Below are positions 1-9,274 of a DNA stretch of 31,809 nt, one piece after another. The stretch is from a virus (lineage: Duplodnaviria > Heunggongvirae > Uroviricota > Caudoviricetes > Peduoviridae): the IMG/VR virus record IMGVR_UViG_2974787780_000001, one strand, 5' to 3'. The notes under the pieces were generated by a model that searched no databases, was not told where the DNA came from, and was given only the letters and a program-made list of their open reading frames with translations. The position numbers and the translations under genes were made by a program. Every line of letters begins with the position of its first letter. Within the stretch, counting starts at the first letter, position 1.

Positions 1-2283
1 ATGGCCGTTAAAGCCTCCGGGCGTTTTGTCCCTCCGTCAGCATTTGCCGCAGGCACCGGTAAGGCGTTTACCGGTGCTTATGCATGGAACGCGCCACGCG
101 AGGCTGTCGGGCGCGAAAGACCCCTTACACGTGACGAGATGCGTCAGGTGCAAGGTGTTTTATCCACGATTAACCGCCTGCCTTACTTTTTGCGCTCGCT
201 GTTTACTTCACGCTATGACTACATCAGGCGCAATAAAAGCCCGGTGCACGGGTTTTATTTCCTCACATCCACTTTTCAGCGTCGTTTATGGCCGCGCATT
301 GAGCGTGTGAATCAGCGCCATGAAATGAACACCGACGCGTCGTTGCTGTTTCTGGCAGAGCGTGACCACTATGCGCGCCTGCCGGGAATGAATGACAAGG
401 AGCTGAAAAAGTTTGCTGCCCGTATCTCATCGCAGCTTTTCATGATGTATGAGGAACTCTGCGATGCCTGGGTGGATGCGCATGGCGAAAAAGAATCGCT
501 GTTTACGGATGAGGCGCAGGCACATCTGTATGGTCATGTTGCTGGCGCTGCACGTGCTTTCAATATTTCCTCGCTTTACTGGAAAAAATACCGTAAAGGG
601 CAGATGACCACGAGGCAGGCATATTCTGCCATTGCCCGCCTGTTTAACGATGAGTGGTGGATTAGTCAGCTTAAAGGCCAGCGTATGCGCTGGCATGAGG
701 CGTTATTGATTGCTGTCGGGGAGGTCAATAAAGACCGTTCACCTTATGCCAGTAAACATGCCATTCGTGATGTGCGTGCGCGCCGCCAGGCAAATCTGGA
801 ATTTCTTAAATCGTGTGACCTTGAAAACAGGGAAACCGGCGAGCGCATCGACCTTATCAGTAAGGTGATGGGCAGTATTTCTAATCCTGAAATTCGCCGG
901 ATGGAGCTGATGAACACCATTGCCGGTATTGAGCGTTACGCCGCCTCAGAGGGTGATGTGGGGATGTTTATCACGCTTACCGCGCCGTCAAAGTATCACC
1001 CGACACGTCAGGTTGGAAAAGGCGAAAATAAAACCGTCCAGCTTAATCACGGCTGGAATGATGAGGCATTTAATCCAAAGGATGCGCAGCGTTATCTCTG
1101 CCGTATCTGGAGCCTGATGCGCACGGCATTCAAGGATAATGATTTACAGGTCTACGGTTTGCGAGTCGTCGAGCCACACCACGACGGAACGCCGCACTGG
1201 CATATGATGCTTTTTTGTAATCCACGCCAGCGTAACCAGATTATCGAAATCATGCGTCGCTATGCGCTCAAAGAGGATGGCGACGAAAGAGGAGCCGCGC
1301 GAAACCGTTTTCAGGCAAAACACCTTAACCGGGGCGGTGCTGCGGGATATATCGCGAAATACATTTCAAAAAATATCGACGGCTATGCACTGGATGGTCA
1401 GCTCGATAACGATACCGGCAGACCGCTGAAAGATACTGCGGCGGCTGTTACCGCATGGGCGTCAACGTGGCGCATCCCGCAATTTAAAACGGTTGGCCTG
1501 CCGACAATGGGAGCTTACCGTGAGCTACGTAAATTGCCTCGCGGCGTCAGCATTGCTGATGAATTTGACGAACGCGTGGAGGCTGCACGCGCCGCCGCAG
1601 ACAGTGGCGATTTTGCGCTGTATATCAGCGCGCAGGGCGGGGCAAATGTCCCGCGCGATTGTCAGACTGTCAGGGTCGCCCGTAGCCCGTCGGATGACGT
1701 TAACGAATACGAGGAAGAAGTCGAGAGAGTGGTCGGCATTTACGCGCCGCATCTCGGCGCGCGTCATATTCATATCACCAGAACGACGGACTGGCGCATT
1801 GTGCCGAAAGTTCCGGTCGTTGAGCCTTTGACTTTAAAAAGCGGCATCGCCGCGCCTCGGAGTCCTGTCAATAACTGTGGAAAACTCACCGGTGGTGATA
1901 CTTCGTTACCGGCTCCCACACCTTCTGAGCACGCCGCAGCAGTGCTTAATCTGGTTGATGACGGTGTTATCGAATGGAGTGACCCGGAGGTCGTGAGGGC
2001 GCTCAGAGGTGCATTAAAACACGGTCGGAGAACGCCAAGTCGTCAGCAAAGAAACGGAAGCCCGTTAAAACCACATGAAATTGCACCATCGGCCAGACTG
2101 ACCCGGTCGGAAAGAATGCAAATTACCCGTATCCGCGTTGACCTTGCTCAGAACGGTATCAGGCCGCAGCGATGGGAGCTTGAGGCGCTGGCGCGTGGCG
2201 CGACCGTAAATTATGATGGGAAAAAATTCACGTATCCGGTTGTTGATGAGTGGCGGTGGTATATAGTTGATGGTAGGCGGTGA
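1..2283 (+). CDS. A: Replication initiation protein gpA (rolling-circle initiator/nickase)
   Basis: 760-aa ORF beginning at window position 1; N-terminus MAVKASGRFVPPSAF and internal YIAKYISKNIDGY tyrosine motif typical of P2 gpA-type initiators; followed by P2-like synteny. Confidence 0.9.
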   Translation: MAVKASGRFVPPSAFAAGTGKAFTGAYAWNAPREAVGRERPLTRDEMRQVQGVLSTINRLPYFLRSLFTSRYDYIRRNKSPVHGFYFLTSTFQRRLWPRIERVNQRHEMNTDASLLFLAERDHYARLPGMNDKELKKFAARISSQLFMMYEELCDAWVDAHGEKESLFTDEAQAHLYGHVAGAARAFNISSLYWKKYRKGQMTTRQAYSAIARLFNDEWWISQLKGQRMRWHEALLIAVGEVNKDRSPYASKHAIRDVRARRQANLEFLKSCDLENRETGERIDLISKVMGSISNPEIRRMELMNTIAGIERYAASEGDVGMFITLTAPSKYHPTRQVGKGENKTVQLNHGWNDEAFNPKDAQRYLCRIWSLMRTAFKDNDLQVYGLRVVEPHHDGTPHWHMMLFCNPRQRNQIIEIMRRYALKEDGDERGAARNRFQAKHLNRGGAAGYIAKYISKNIDGYALDGQLDNDTGRPLKDTAAAVTAWASTWRIPQFKTVGLPTMGAYRELRKLPRGVSIADEFDERVEAARAAADSGDFALYISAQGGANVPRDCQTVRVARSPSDDVNEYEEEVERVVGIYAPHLGARHIHITRTTDWRIVPKVPVVEPLTLKSGIAAPRSPVNNCGKLTGGDTSLPAPTPSEHAAAVLNLVDDGVIEWSDPEVVRALRGALKHGRRTPSRQQRNGSPLKPHEIAPSARLTRSERMQITRIRVDLAQNGIRPQRWELEALARGATVNYDGKKFTYPVVDEWRWYIVDGRR

Positions 2284-2459
2284 AAAGTTGAAGATGTGAA
2301 CACTGTTATTGGTAGGTAAGTAGATTTGTATGTATAAAGTAGTTGTTGTAGATATGAACAATCAGGCGTAGAATCGCCAGCCGGCTATGATGATTCCAGA
2401 TGATAATGGTTATCATTAGCTGTTGATTTATGATGTTCTTAACCACTAGAGAGACTAAT

Positions 2460-2657
2460 ATGAGCAAAAAGGTTATCACGATACAAGTAAGAGGTGGGCA
2501 CGCAGGTGCTAAGCCTGTTCGTCGTTCAAAACTTGAACAAAGTGTTAATCGTTCCCTGCGTGCTTCGTTTTCTCTGGAAGGTAATCACATTACCAACACT
2601 TCATGGTCTAAAATGTCGCAGGCTGCACGTTTTCTGACCAGAGTAGCTGTTGCTTAA
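2460..2657 (+). CDS. Small basic hypothetical protein (65 aa from ATG 2460; 75 aa if from ATG 2430)
   Basis: ORF track 2430..2657; second ATG at 2460 has purine-rich agagag upstream. Basic composition; lies just downstream of A where P2 carries orf91. Stop codon overlaps the stop of the convergent Fic gene. Confidence 0.4.
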   Translation: MSKKVITIQVRGGHAGAKPVRRSKLEQSVNRSLRASFSLEGNHITNTSWSKMSQAARFLTRVAVA

Positions 2658-3739
2658 AGCTCTTTGATTGCCCTTGAAATAAGGGCAATCAGATTTCTGT
2701 TACTGTCGTGTATTGCGCGTCTTACAGCATAATGGTACGCACGTTTATTTCGCACATCTCCATCTAGCTTTTCCATATCAAATTCATAACCCATAGTAGT
2801 TGCAACAATCTGAAGAAATAATCGTATTGAACGACCATTACCATCTTGAAAGGGGTGGATCCATGCGATTTCTGCATGGAGAGTAGCTAGTTTATGAACT
2901 AACTCTGCTTTAGAATTTATTTTGCTAAGTTCTTTTTTTGTGCAACCTCTAAGACAGGCTTTTAATGATTTTTTGACTTCATTATGTTCCATTGTTGGTC
3001 GCTCTTTATCTCCAACAACAACGGGATGGTTTCTGTATTCACCTGCCCAATCATAAATATGGCCAAAAAGAGCTTTATGGCATTCTAAGATCGTCTTTTC
3101 ATTAATTGTTTTATTTTTGTCGGAGACATAATTTATTATGAGCTGCGTACTTTTGATATATGAAATAACCATTTCGGCAAATTCAACTTGGTATTGGTAT
3201 TTTGCAAATACTAGATTTTTTGTTGCCATGTATTCATATCTTTCATTTTTTCCGTCACGTAAAAGAAAAATGTTGTCTTTTTGGTGCTTTACTTTGATTA
3301 CATGATTGCGTTGAAATGGAAAGTTTTTGTCGTGAGGCAATATGTGAAAATAAGTTTCTTTTTTTAGCTTGTCTACACCAACAATTGAACCAAAAAGAAA
3401 AAGGGCTGCTGTTGTATTAAATAAAACACATACGGAGTCGCCAAGTTGTATCTCTTCGCGACTTAGATCGCATGTTTTTTTCTTATAATTAAATAAATGG
3501 GCGATAGATGGTATGCTGTGATGATTGCGCAATGAACCTGAGCCACATATGACTTCTTTTGTCCTGCTATTCCAGTAATAATTAATGCTTCTCTTATTCT
3601 CTTGTGTTCTTTTTATATGAACCAACTTGAAGCTAAGTAGGCTTAAAGAGAATTCACCATTCTTTTTGACTATATTAACTTTTTGGTGTTTCATTTTGTT
3701 TTTTGTTAGTGTTATTGAAAAATGTTTTGAAGGTATCAT
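2654..3739 (-). CDS. Fic/Doc (Fido) domain protein with ~200-aa N-terminal domain of unknown function; candidate cargo toxin/defence effector
   Basis: 361-aa ORF; C-terminal half contains HPFQDGNGRSIR, matching the Fic active-site consensus HxFx(D/E)GNGRxxR, preceded by the Fic-typical HKALFGHIYDWAGEYR helix. Region is visibly AT-rich versus flanking phage genes. Start codon uncertain (no clear Shine-Dalgarno). Confidence 0.8.
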   Translation of the reverse strand: MIPSKHFSITLTKNKMKHQKVNIVKKNGEFSLSLLSFKLVHIKRTQENKRSINYYWNSRTKEVICGSGSLRNHHSIPSIAHLFNYKKKTCDLSREEIQLGDSVCVLFNTTAALFLFGSIVGVDKLKKETYFHILPHDKNFPFQRNHVIKVKHQKDNIFLLRDGKNERYEYMATKNLVFAKYQYQVEFAEMVISYIKSTQLIINYVSDKNKTINEKTILECHKALFGHIYDWAGEYRNHPVVVGDKERPTMEHNEVKKSLKACLRGCTKKELSKINSKAELVHKLATLHAEIAWIHPFQDGNGRSIRLFLQIVATTMGYEFDMEKLDGDVRNKRAYHYAVRRAIHDSNRNLIALISRAIKEL

Positions 3740-4121
3740 GTTTTGAGTAAGAATGCATGGTTATTATAACATGTTGGAGTTTTATCGCTAAAAAATGGAT
3801 GTAGTGAGAAGTTTGTTGCTCATGACATTTACACTTAAGATGAACAGGAGGTGCTGTTTCGGTAAGATTATCTTTGTCCCATCACATAGCACAGCTCAAT
3901 TTATCACTCATATCTTCATTTCCTTCCAGTGACAACACAAAGCTTTAAAGTCACCTTCTGTGATGCTGCTTTATGTCATTTCATAAGATCAGAGTTATGC
4001 ATGCATTAGGTGCATGGCTTTGCATGTATCAGAATTATACGTTTTCGGCGTCCGACATCACAGCTAGTTTGGATTCAGAGATGTCATGCAACCGCATTAA
4101 AACCTCCACATGAAGCGGGCG

Positions 4122-4140
4122 GGCGAGGCGGGGAAAGCAC
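4122..4140. other. cos: cos site (19-nt cohesive-end sequence, P2 type)
   Basis: Exact string GGCGAGGCGGGGAAAGCAC, which I recall as the P2 19-nt cohesive end; located next to the 3' end of Q as in P2. Confidence 0.7.
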
Positions 4141-4280
4141 TGCGCGCTGGCGGTGGTGCTGATTTTATTTTTTCAGCGTCTGAGCGCGTCGTGATGGCGT
4201 TTAGATTGTGCGCCGGGGGTTGGTGTGTCTGCGGGCTGTTTTGTGCGGTGGTGAGTGTGTGAGGGCGTGATGACGGGCTG

Positions 4281-4303
4281 TAAAAAAGCCGCCCGCAGGC
4301 GGC
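4281..4303 (-). terminator. Rho-independent terminator downstream of Q
   Basis: On the minus strand: GCCGCC-TGCG-GGCGGC hairpin followed by T6, directly after the Q stop codon. Confidence 0.5.
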
Positions 4304-4308
4304 GATGT

Positions 4309-5343
4309 TCAGCCGTTGTCAGTGTCCAGTGAGTAGTTTTTAAAGCGGATGACCTCCTGACCGAGCCAGCCGTTTATCTCGCGGATCCTGTCCTGTAACG
4401 GGATAAGCTCATTGCGGACAAAGACCTTTGCCACTTTCTCAATATCACCCAGCGACCCGACGTTCTCCGGCTTGCCGCCCATCAACTGAAAGGGGATGCG
4501 GTGCGCGTCCAGCAGGTCTGCGGCACTGGCTTTTTTGATATTAAAAAAATCGTCCTTCGTCGCCACTTCACTGAGCGGGATAATTTTAATGCCGTCGGCT
4601 TTTCCCTGTGGGGCATAGAGAAACAGGTTTTTAAAGTTGTTGCGGCCTTTTGACTTGACCATGTTTTCGCGGAGCATTTCGATATCGTTGCGATCCTGCA
4701 CGGCATCGGTGACGTACATGATGTATCCGGCATGAGCGCCGTTTTCGTAATACTTGCGGCGGAACAGCGTGGCTGATTCATTCAGCCAGGCAGAGTTAAG
4801 GGCGCTGAGATATTCCGGCAGACCGTACAGCTCCTGATTAATATCCGGCTCCAGCAGGTGAAACACGGAGCCGGGCGCGAAAGGTGTCGGCTCATGGAAG
4901 GACGGCACCCACCAGTAAACATCCTCTTCCACGCCACGGCGGGTATATTTTGCCGGTGAGGTTTCCAGTCTGATGACCTTACCGGTGGTGCTGTAACGCT
5001 TTTCCAGAAACGCATTACCGAACACCAGAAAATCCAGCACAAAGCGGCTGAAATCCTGCTGGGAAAGCCACGGATGCGGGATAAATGTCGAGGCCAGAAT
5101 ATTGCGTTTGACGTAAATCGGTGAGCTGTGATGCACGGCAGCACGCAGGCTTTTTGCCAGACCGGTAAAGCTGACCGGTGGCTCATACCATCTGCCGTTA
5201 CTGATGCACTCGACGTAATCCAGAATGTCACGGCGGTCGAGTACCGGCACCGGCTCACCAAAGGTGAATGCCTCCATTTTCGGGGCGCTGGCGGTCATTT
5301 TTTTTGCCGCAGGTTGCGGTGTTTTCCCTTTTTTCTTGCTCAT
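4309..5343 (-). CDS. Q: Portal protein gpQ
   Basis: 344-aa ORF, same length as P2 gpQ; adjacent to cos and upstream gene P on same strand; start overlaps P stop by 1 nt. Confidence 0.92.
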   Translation of the reverse strand: MSKKKGKTPQPAAKKMTASAPKMEAFTFGEPVPVLDRRDILDYVECISNGRWYEPPVSFTGLAKSLRAAVHHSSPIYVKRNILASTFIPHPWLSQQDFSRFVLDFLVFGNAFLEKRYSTTGKVIRLETSPAKYTRRGVEEDVYWWVPSFHEPTPFAPGSVFHLLEPDINQELYGLPEYLSALNSAWLNESATLFRRKYYENGAHAGYIMYVTDAVQDRNDIEMLRENMVKSKGRNNFKNLFLYAPQGKADGIKIIPLSEVATKDDFFNIKKASAADLLDAHRIPFQLMGGKPENVGSLGDIEKVAKVFVRNELIPLQDRIREINGWLGQEVIRFKNYSLDTDNG

Positions 5344-7115
5344 CAGTAAAACTCCAGAATGGTGGATGTCAGCGGGGTGCTGATACCGGCGGTGAGTGGC
5401 TCATTTAACAGGGCGTGCATGGTCGCCCAGGCGAGGTCGGCATGGCTGGCTTCCTCGCTGCGGCTGGCCTCATAGGTGGCGCTGCGCCCGCTGCTGGTCA
5501 TGGTCTTGCGGATAGCCATAAACGAGCTGGTGATGTCGGTGGCGCTGACGTCATATTCCAGACAGCCACGGCGGATAACGTCTTTTGCCTTGAGCACCAT
5601 TGCGGTTTTCATTTCCGGCGTGTAGCGGATATCACGCGCGGCGGGATAGAACGAGCGCACGAGCTGGAACACGCCGACACCGAGGCCGGTGGCATCAATA
5701 CCGATGTATTCGACGTTGTATTTTTCGGTGAGTTTGCGGATGGATTCCGCCTGAGTGGCAAAGTCCATGCCTTTCCACTGGTGACGCTCAAGTATTCTGA
5801 ATTTGCCACCGGCCACCACCGGCGGTGCCAGCACCACGCATCCGGCGCTGTCGCCACGGTGTGACGGGTCGTAACCAATCCATACCGGACGTGAGCCGAA
5901 CGGATTGGCGGCAAACGGCGCATAGTCTTCCCATTCTTCCAGCGTGTCGACCATGCAGCGTTGCAGCTCCTCGAACGGGAACACCGACGCCTTGTCGTCA
6001 ACAAATTCACACATGAACAGGTTTTTAAAATCGTCGGTGCTGTTTTCGCGTTTAAGCTGCTCAATGTCGAACAGCGTGCAGCCACCTTTCAGGGCATCCT
6101 CAATGGTGACAATCTGCCGCCACTGGCCGTCCGCACAGAGAAGACCTCCGGCAAGGGCGTTATGTCTGACGTCGATTTCCACGCGTTCGGCGGCGCTGGC
6201 GCGTCCCCGGTTAAACAGTTCACCCGACCAGAACGGGTAGGCGTCGTGCGCCAGCGTGGACGGGGTGGAGAAATAGGTCGAGCGCAGGTGACTCTGTGAG
6301 GCCATACCTGATGCCACCTTACGCAGTACCTGAAAATTCGGGATCCAGAAAATCTCGTCGACGTACAGGTCACCGTTATGGCTCTGTGCGGTGTTGGAGT
6401 TGGTGCCGAGAAAAATCAGTTTTGCGCCGTTATTGCCCAGGACAATCGGGTCACCGGTCAGGTCAACGTCAACCAGCCGGGCAAAGGCGATGATGTATTC
6501 GCGGAACACATACGCCTGCGTTTTACTGGCCGACAGAAAAATCTGGTTATGACCGGTTTTCAGGGCGCGCAGCAGCGCCTCGCGGGAAAAATAAAACGTC
6601 GCGCCAATCTGGCGGGATTTCAGGATATCGCGGATGCGGTGCTCAAGCCCGGCGCGATACCAGTGCAACTGATATTCGAAAGACTGCTCAAAGAAAATCT
6701 GCTCCAGCTTTTCGATGGCCTCGTCACTGAAAAAATTCTTTTTCGGTTTGCGACGCCCGCCTTTGTTGCGGTTAGCGACGTTCGGATTAAGGTCTGCCTC
6801 GTTGCCGGTCTGACTGTAGCGGTTGACCCGTGCCAGTCGTTCAATCTGGCGTCCCAGCAGGTCAATTTCCTTGAAGTCACCACCGGTTTTCTGCGGTTTG
6901 ATGATGAGCTGGGTCAGCCGCGCTTCCAGACTCATTTCGACACGGCTGATGGGGGCAACGCTGTCCCAGCCGTCGCGCTGTTTCCAGCTCTGCACCGTCG
7001 GGCGTTTCATCTGCAACATGGCGGCAATCTGCGGCACGGAAAACCCCTGCCAGTACAGCAGCGCCGCCTGACGACGCGGGTCGTGTAAAAGAGTGGTGTC
7101 TGTGGTGATGGTCAT
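5343..7115 (-). CDS. P: Terminase large subunit (ATPase) gpP
   Basis: ORF track gives 5343..7145 from a TTG; ATG at 7115 has GGCGAGG Shine-Dalgarno and gives 590 aa (P2 gpP length); starts MTITTDTTLLHDPRR. Confidence 0.9.
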   Translation of the reverse strand: MTITTDTTLLHDPRRQAALLYWQGFSVPQIAAMLQMKRPTVQSWKQRDGWDSVAPISRVEMSLEARLTQLIIKPQKTGGDFKEIDLLGRQIERLARVNRYSQTGNEADLNPNVANRNKGGRRKPKKNFFSDEAIEKLEQIFFEQSFEYQLHWYRAGLEHRIRDILKSRQIGATFYFSREALLRALKTGHNQIFLSASKTQAYVFREYIIAFARLVDVDLTGDPIVLGNNGAKLIFLGTNSNTAQSHNGDLYVDEIFWIPNFQVLRKVASGMASQSHLRSTYFSTPSTLAHDAYPFWSGELFNRGRASAAERVEIDVRHNALAGGLLCADGQWRQIVTIEDALKGGCTLFDIEQLKRENSTDDFKNLFMCEFVDDKASVFPFEELQRCMVDTLEEWEDYAPFAANPFGSRPVWIGYDPSHRGDSAGCVVLAPPVVAGGKFRILERHQWKGMDFATQAESIRKLTEKYNVEYIGIDATGLGVGVFQLVRSFYPAARDIRYTPEMKTAMVLKAKDVIRRGCLEYDVSATDITSSFMAIRKTMTSSGRSATYEASRSEEASHADLAWATMHALLNEPLTAGISTPLTSTILEFY

Positions 7116-7288
7116 GAATACCTCGCCGTGATGAATACACGGCAAGGCTACTGAGTCGCGCCCCGCGATTCGCTAAGGTGCTGTTGTGTCAGTGATAAGC
7201 CATCCGGGACTGATGGCGGAGGATGCGCATCGTCGGGAAACTGATGCCGACATGTGACTCCTCTAATCACTATTCAGGACTCCTGACA
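7116..7288. promoter_or_regulatory. Divergent late-promoter region between P and O
   Basis: Intergenic region between divergently transcribed capsid-operon genes; in P2 this holds Ogr-dependent late promoters. Exact -10/-35 or Ogr dyad not resolved by eye. Confidence 0.35.
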
Positions 7289-8143
7289 ATGGCAAAAAAA
7301 GTCTCAAAATTCTTTCGTATCGGCGTTGAGGGTGACACCTGTGACGGGCGTGTCATCAGTGCGCAGGATATTCAGGAAATGGCCGAAACCTTTGACCCGC
7401 GAGTCTATGGTTGCCGCATTAACCTGGAACATCTGCGCGGCATCCTGCCTGACGGTATTTTTAAACGTTATGGCGATGTGGTCGAACTGAAGGCCGAAAA
7501 GATTGACGATGATTCGGCGCTGAAAGGCAAATGGGCGCTGTTTGCGAAAATCACCCCGACCGATGACCTTATCGCGATGAACAAGGCCGCGCAGAAGGTC
7601 TACACCTCAATGGAAATTCAGCCGAACTTTGCCAACACCGGCAAATGTTATCTGGTGGGGCTGGCCGTCACCGATGACCCGGCAAGCCTCGGCACGGAAT
7701 ACCTGGAATTCTGCCGCACGGCAAAACACAACCCCCTGAACCGCTTCAAATTAAGCCCTGAAAACCTGATTTCAGTGGCAACGCCCGTTGAGCTGGAATT
7801 TGAAGACCTGCCTGAAACCGTGTTCACCGCCCTGACCGAAAAGGTGAAATCCATTTTTGGCCGCAAACAGGCCAGCGATGACGCCCGTCTGAATGACGTG
7901 CATGAAGCGGTGACCGCTGTCGCTGAGCATGTGCAGGAAAAACTGAGCGCCACTGAGCAGCGCCTCGCTGAGATGGAAACCGCCTTTTCCGCACTTAAGC
8001 AGGATGTGACTGACAGGGCGGATGAAACCAGCCAGGCATTCACCCGCCTGAAAAACAGCCTCGACCACACCGAAAGTCTGACCCAGCAGCGCCGCAGCAA
8101 AGCCACCGGCGGTGGCGGTGACGCCCTGATGACGAACTGCTGA
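7289..8143 (+). CDS. O: Capsid scaffolding protein gpO
   Basis: ORF track 7223..8143; internal ATG at 7289 (MAKKVSKFFRIGVEG) gives 284 aa, the P2 gpO length. Confidence 0.9.
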   Translation: MAKKVSKFFRIGVEGDTCDGRVISAQDIQEMAETFDPRVYGCRINLEHLRGILPDGIFKRYGDVVELKAEKIDDDSALKGKWALFAKITPTDDLIAMNKAAQKVYTSMEIQPNFANTGKCYLVGLAVTDDPASLGTEYLEFCRTAKHNPLNRFKLSPENLISVATPVELEFEDLPETVFTALTEKVKSIFGRKQASDDARLNDVHEAVTAVAEHVQEKLSATEQRLAEMETAFSALKQDVTDRADETSQAFTRLKNSLDHTESLTQQRRSKATGGGGDALMTNC

Positions 8144-8197
8144 CCGGCGTCAGTCCGGGAAAACCTTCACGATTAACCCTTAATTTCAGGAAAAACT

Positions 8198-9271
8198 ATG
8201 CGCCAGGAAACCCGCTTTAAATTTAATGCCTACCTGTCCCGTGTTGCCGAACTGAACGGCATCGATGCCGGTGATGTGTCGAAAAAATTCACCGTTGAAC
8301 CGTCGGTCACCCAGACCCTGATGAACACCATGCAGGAGTCCTCTGACTTTCTGACCCGCATCAACATTGTGCCGGTCAGCGAAATGAAAGGGGAAAAAAT
8401 TGGCATCGGTGTCACCGGCTCCATCGCCAGCACCACCGACACCGCCGGTGGCACCGAGCGTCAGCCGAAGGACTTCTCGAAGCTGGCGTCAAACAAGTAC
8501 GAATGCGACCAGATTAACTTCGATTTTTATATCCGCTACAAAACGCTGGACCTGTGGGCGCGTTATCAGGATTTCCAGCTCCGTGTCCGTAACGCCATTA
8601 TCAAACGCCAGTCCCTTGATTTCATCATGGCTGGTTTTAACGGCGTGAAGCGTGCCGAAACCTCTGACCGCAGCAGTAACCCGATGCTGCAGGATGTGGC
8701 GGTCGGCTGGCTGCAGAAATACCGCAATGAAGCTCCGGCGCGCGTGATGAGCAAGGTCACTGACGAGGAAGGCCATACCACCTCTGAGGTTATCCGCGTG
8801 GGTAAGGGCGGTGATTATGTCAGCCTTGATGCACTGGTGATGGATGCGACCAATAACCTGATTGAACCGTGGTATCAGGAAGACCCTGACCTTGTGGTGA
8901 TAGTGGGACGTCAGTTACTGGCGGACAAGTATTTCCCCATCGTTAACAAGGAGCAGGACAACAGCGAAATGCTGGCCGCTGACGTCATCATCAGCCAGAA
9001 ACGCATCGGTAACCTGCCAGCGGTACGCGTCCCGTACTTCCCGGCGGATGCGATGCTCATCACGAAGCTGGAAAACCTGTCCATCTACTACATGGATGAC
9101 AGCCATCGCCGCGTGATTGAGGAAAACCCGAAACTCGACCGCGTGGAGAACTACGAGTCAATGAACATTGATTACGTGGTGGAAGACTACGCCGCCGGCT
9201 GTCTGGTGGAAAAAATTAAGGTCGGTGATTTCTCCACACCGGCCAAGGCGACCGCAGAGCCGGGAGCGTAA
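8198..9271 (+). CDS. N: Major capsid protein gpN
   Basis: 357-aa ORF, P2 gpN length and position between O and M. Confidence 0.92.
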   Translation: MRQETRFKFNAYLSRVAELNGIDAGDVSKKFTVEPSVTQTLMNTMQESSDFLTRINIVPVSEMKGEKIGIGVTGSIASTTDTAGGTERQPKDFSKLASNKYECDQINFDFYIRYKTLDLWARYQDFQLRVRNAIIKRQSLDFIMAGFNGVKRAETSDRSSNPMLQDVAVGWLQKYRNEAPARVMSKVTDEEGHTTSEVIRVGKGGDYVSLDALVMDATNNLIEPWYQEDPDLVVIVGRQLLADKYFPIVNKEQDNSEMLAADVIISQKRIGNLPAVRVPYFPADAMLITKLENLSIYYMDDSHRRVIEENPKLDRVENYESMNIDYVVEDYAAGCLVEKIKVGDFSTPAKATAEPGA

Positions 9272-9274
9272 CCG

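Noticed and set aside
3795-3932. Possible 45-aa ORF on the plus strand between the Fic gene start and cos
   Set aside because: No Shine-Dalgarno sequence, low-complexity hydrophobic translation; more likely promoter/leader DNA for the Fic gene.
5415-7140. Many ORFs antisense to or out of frame within P and Q (e.g. 5415-5864, 5609-6085, 6378-7088, 6877-7140)
   Set aside because: Embedded in the conserved terminase/portal genes in GC-rich sequence where long spurious ORFs are expected; no ribosome-binding sites; Arg/Ala/Pro-rich compositions typical of non-coding frames.
7223-8143. N-terminally extended versions of real genes in the ORF track (O from 7223, P from TTG 7145, L from 10058, X from 10558, lysC from 12203, ogr from 27177, orf78/orf80-like from 30040/30765)
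   Set aside because: Internal ATGs with Shine-Dalgarno sequences give products matching P2 protein lengths (O 284, P 590, L 169, X 67, LysC 96, Ogr 72 aa); the upstream extensions overlap preceding genes or lack ribosome-binding sites.
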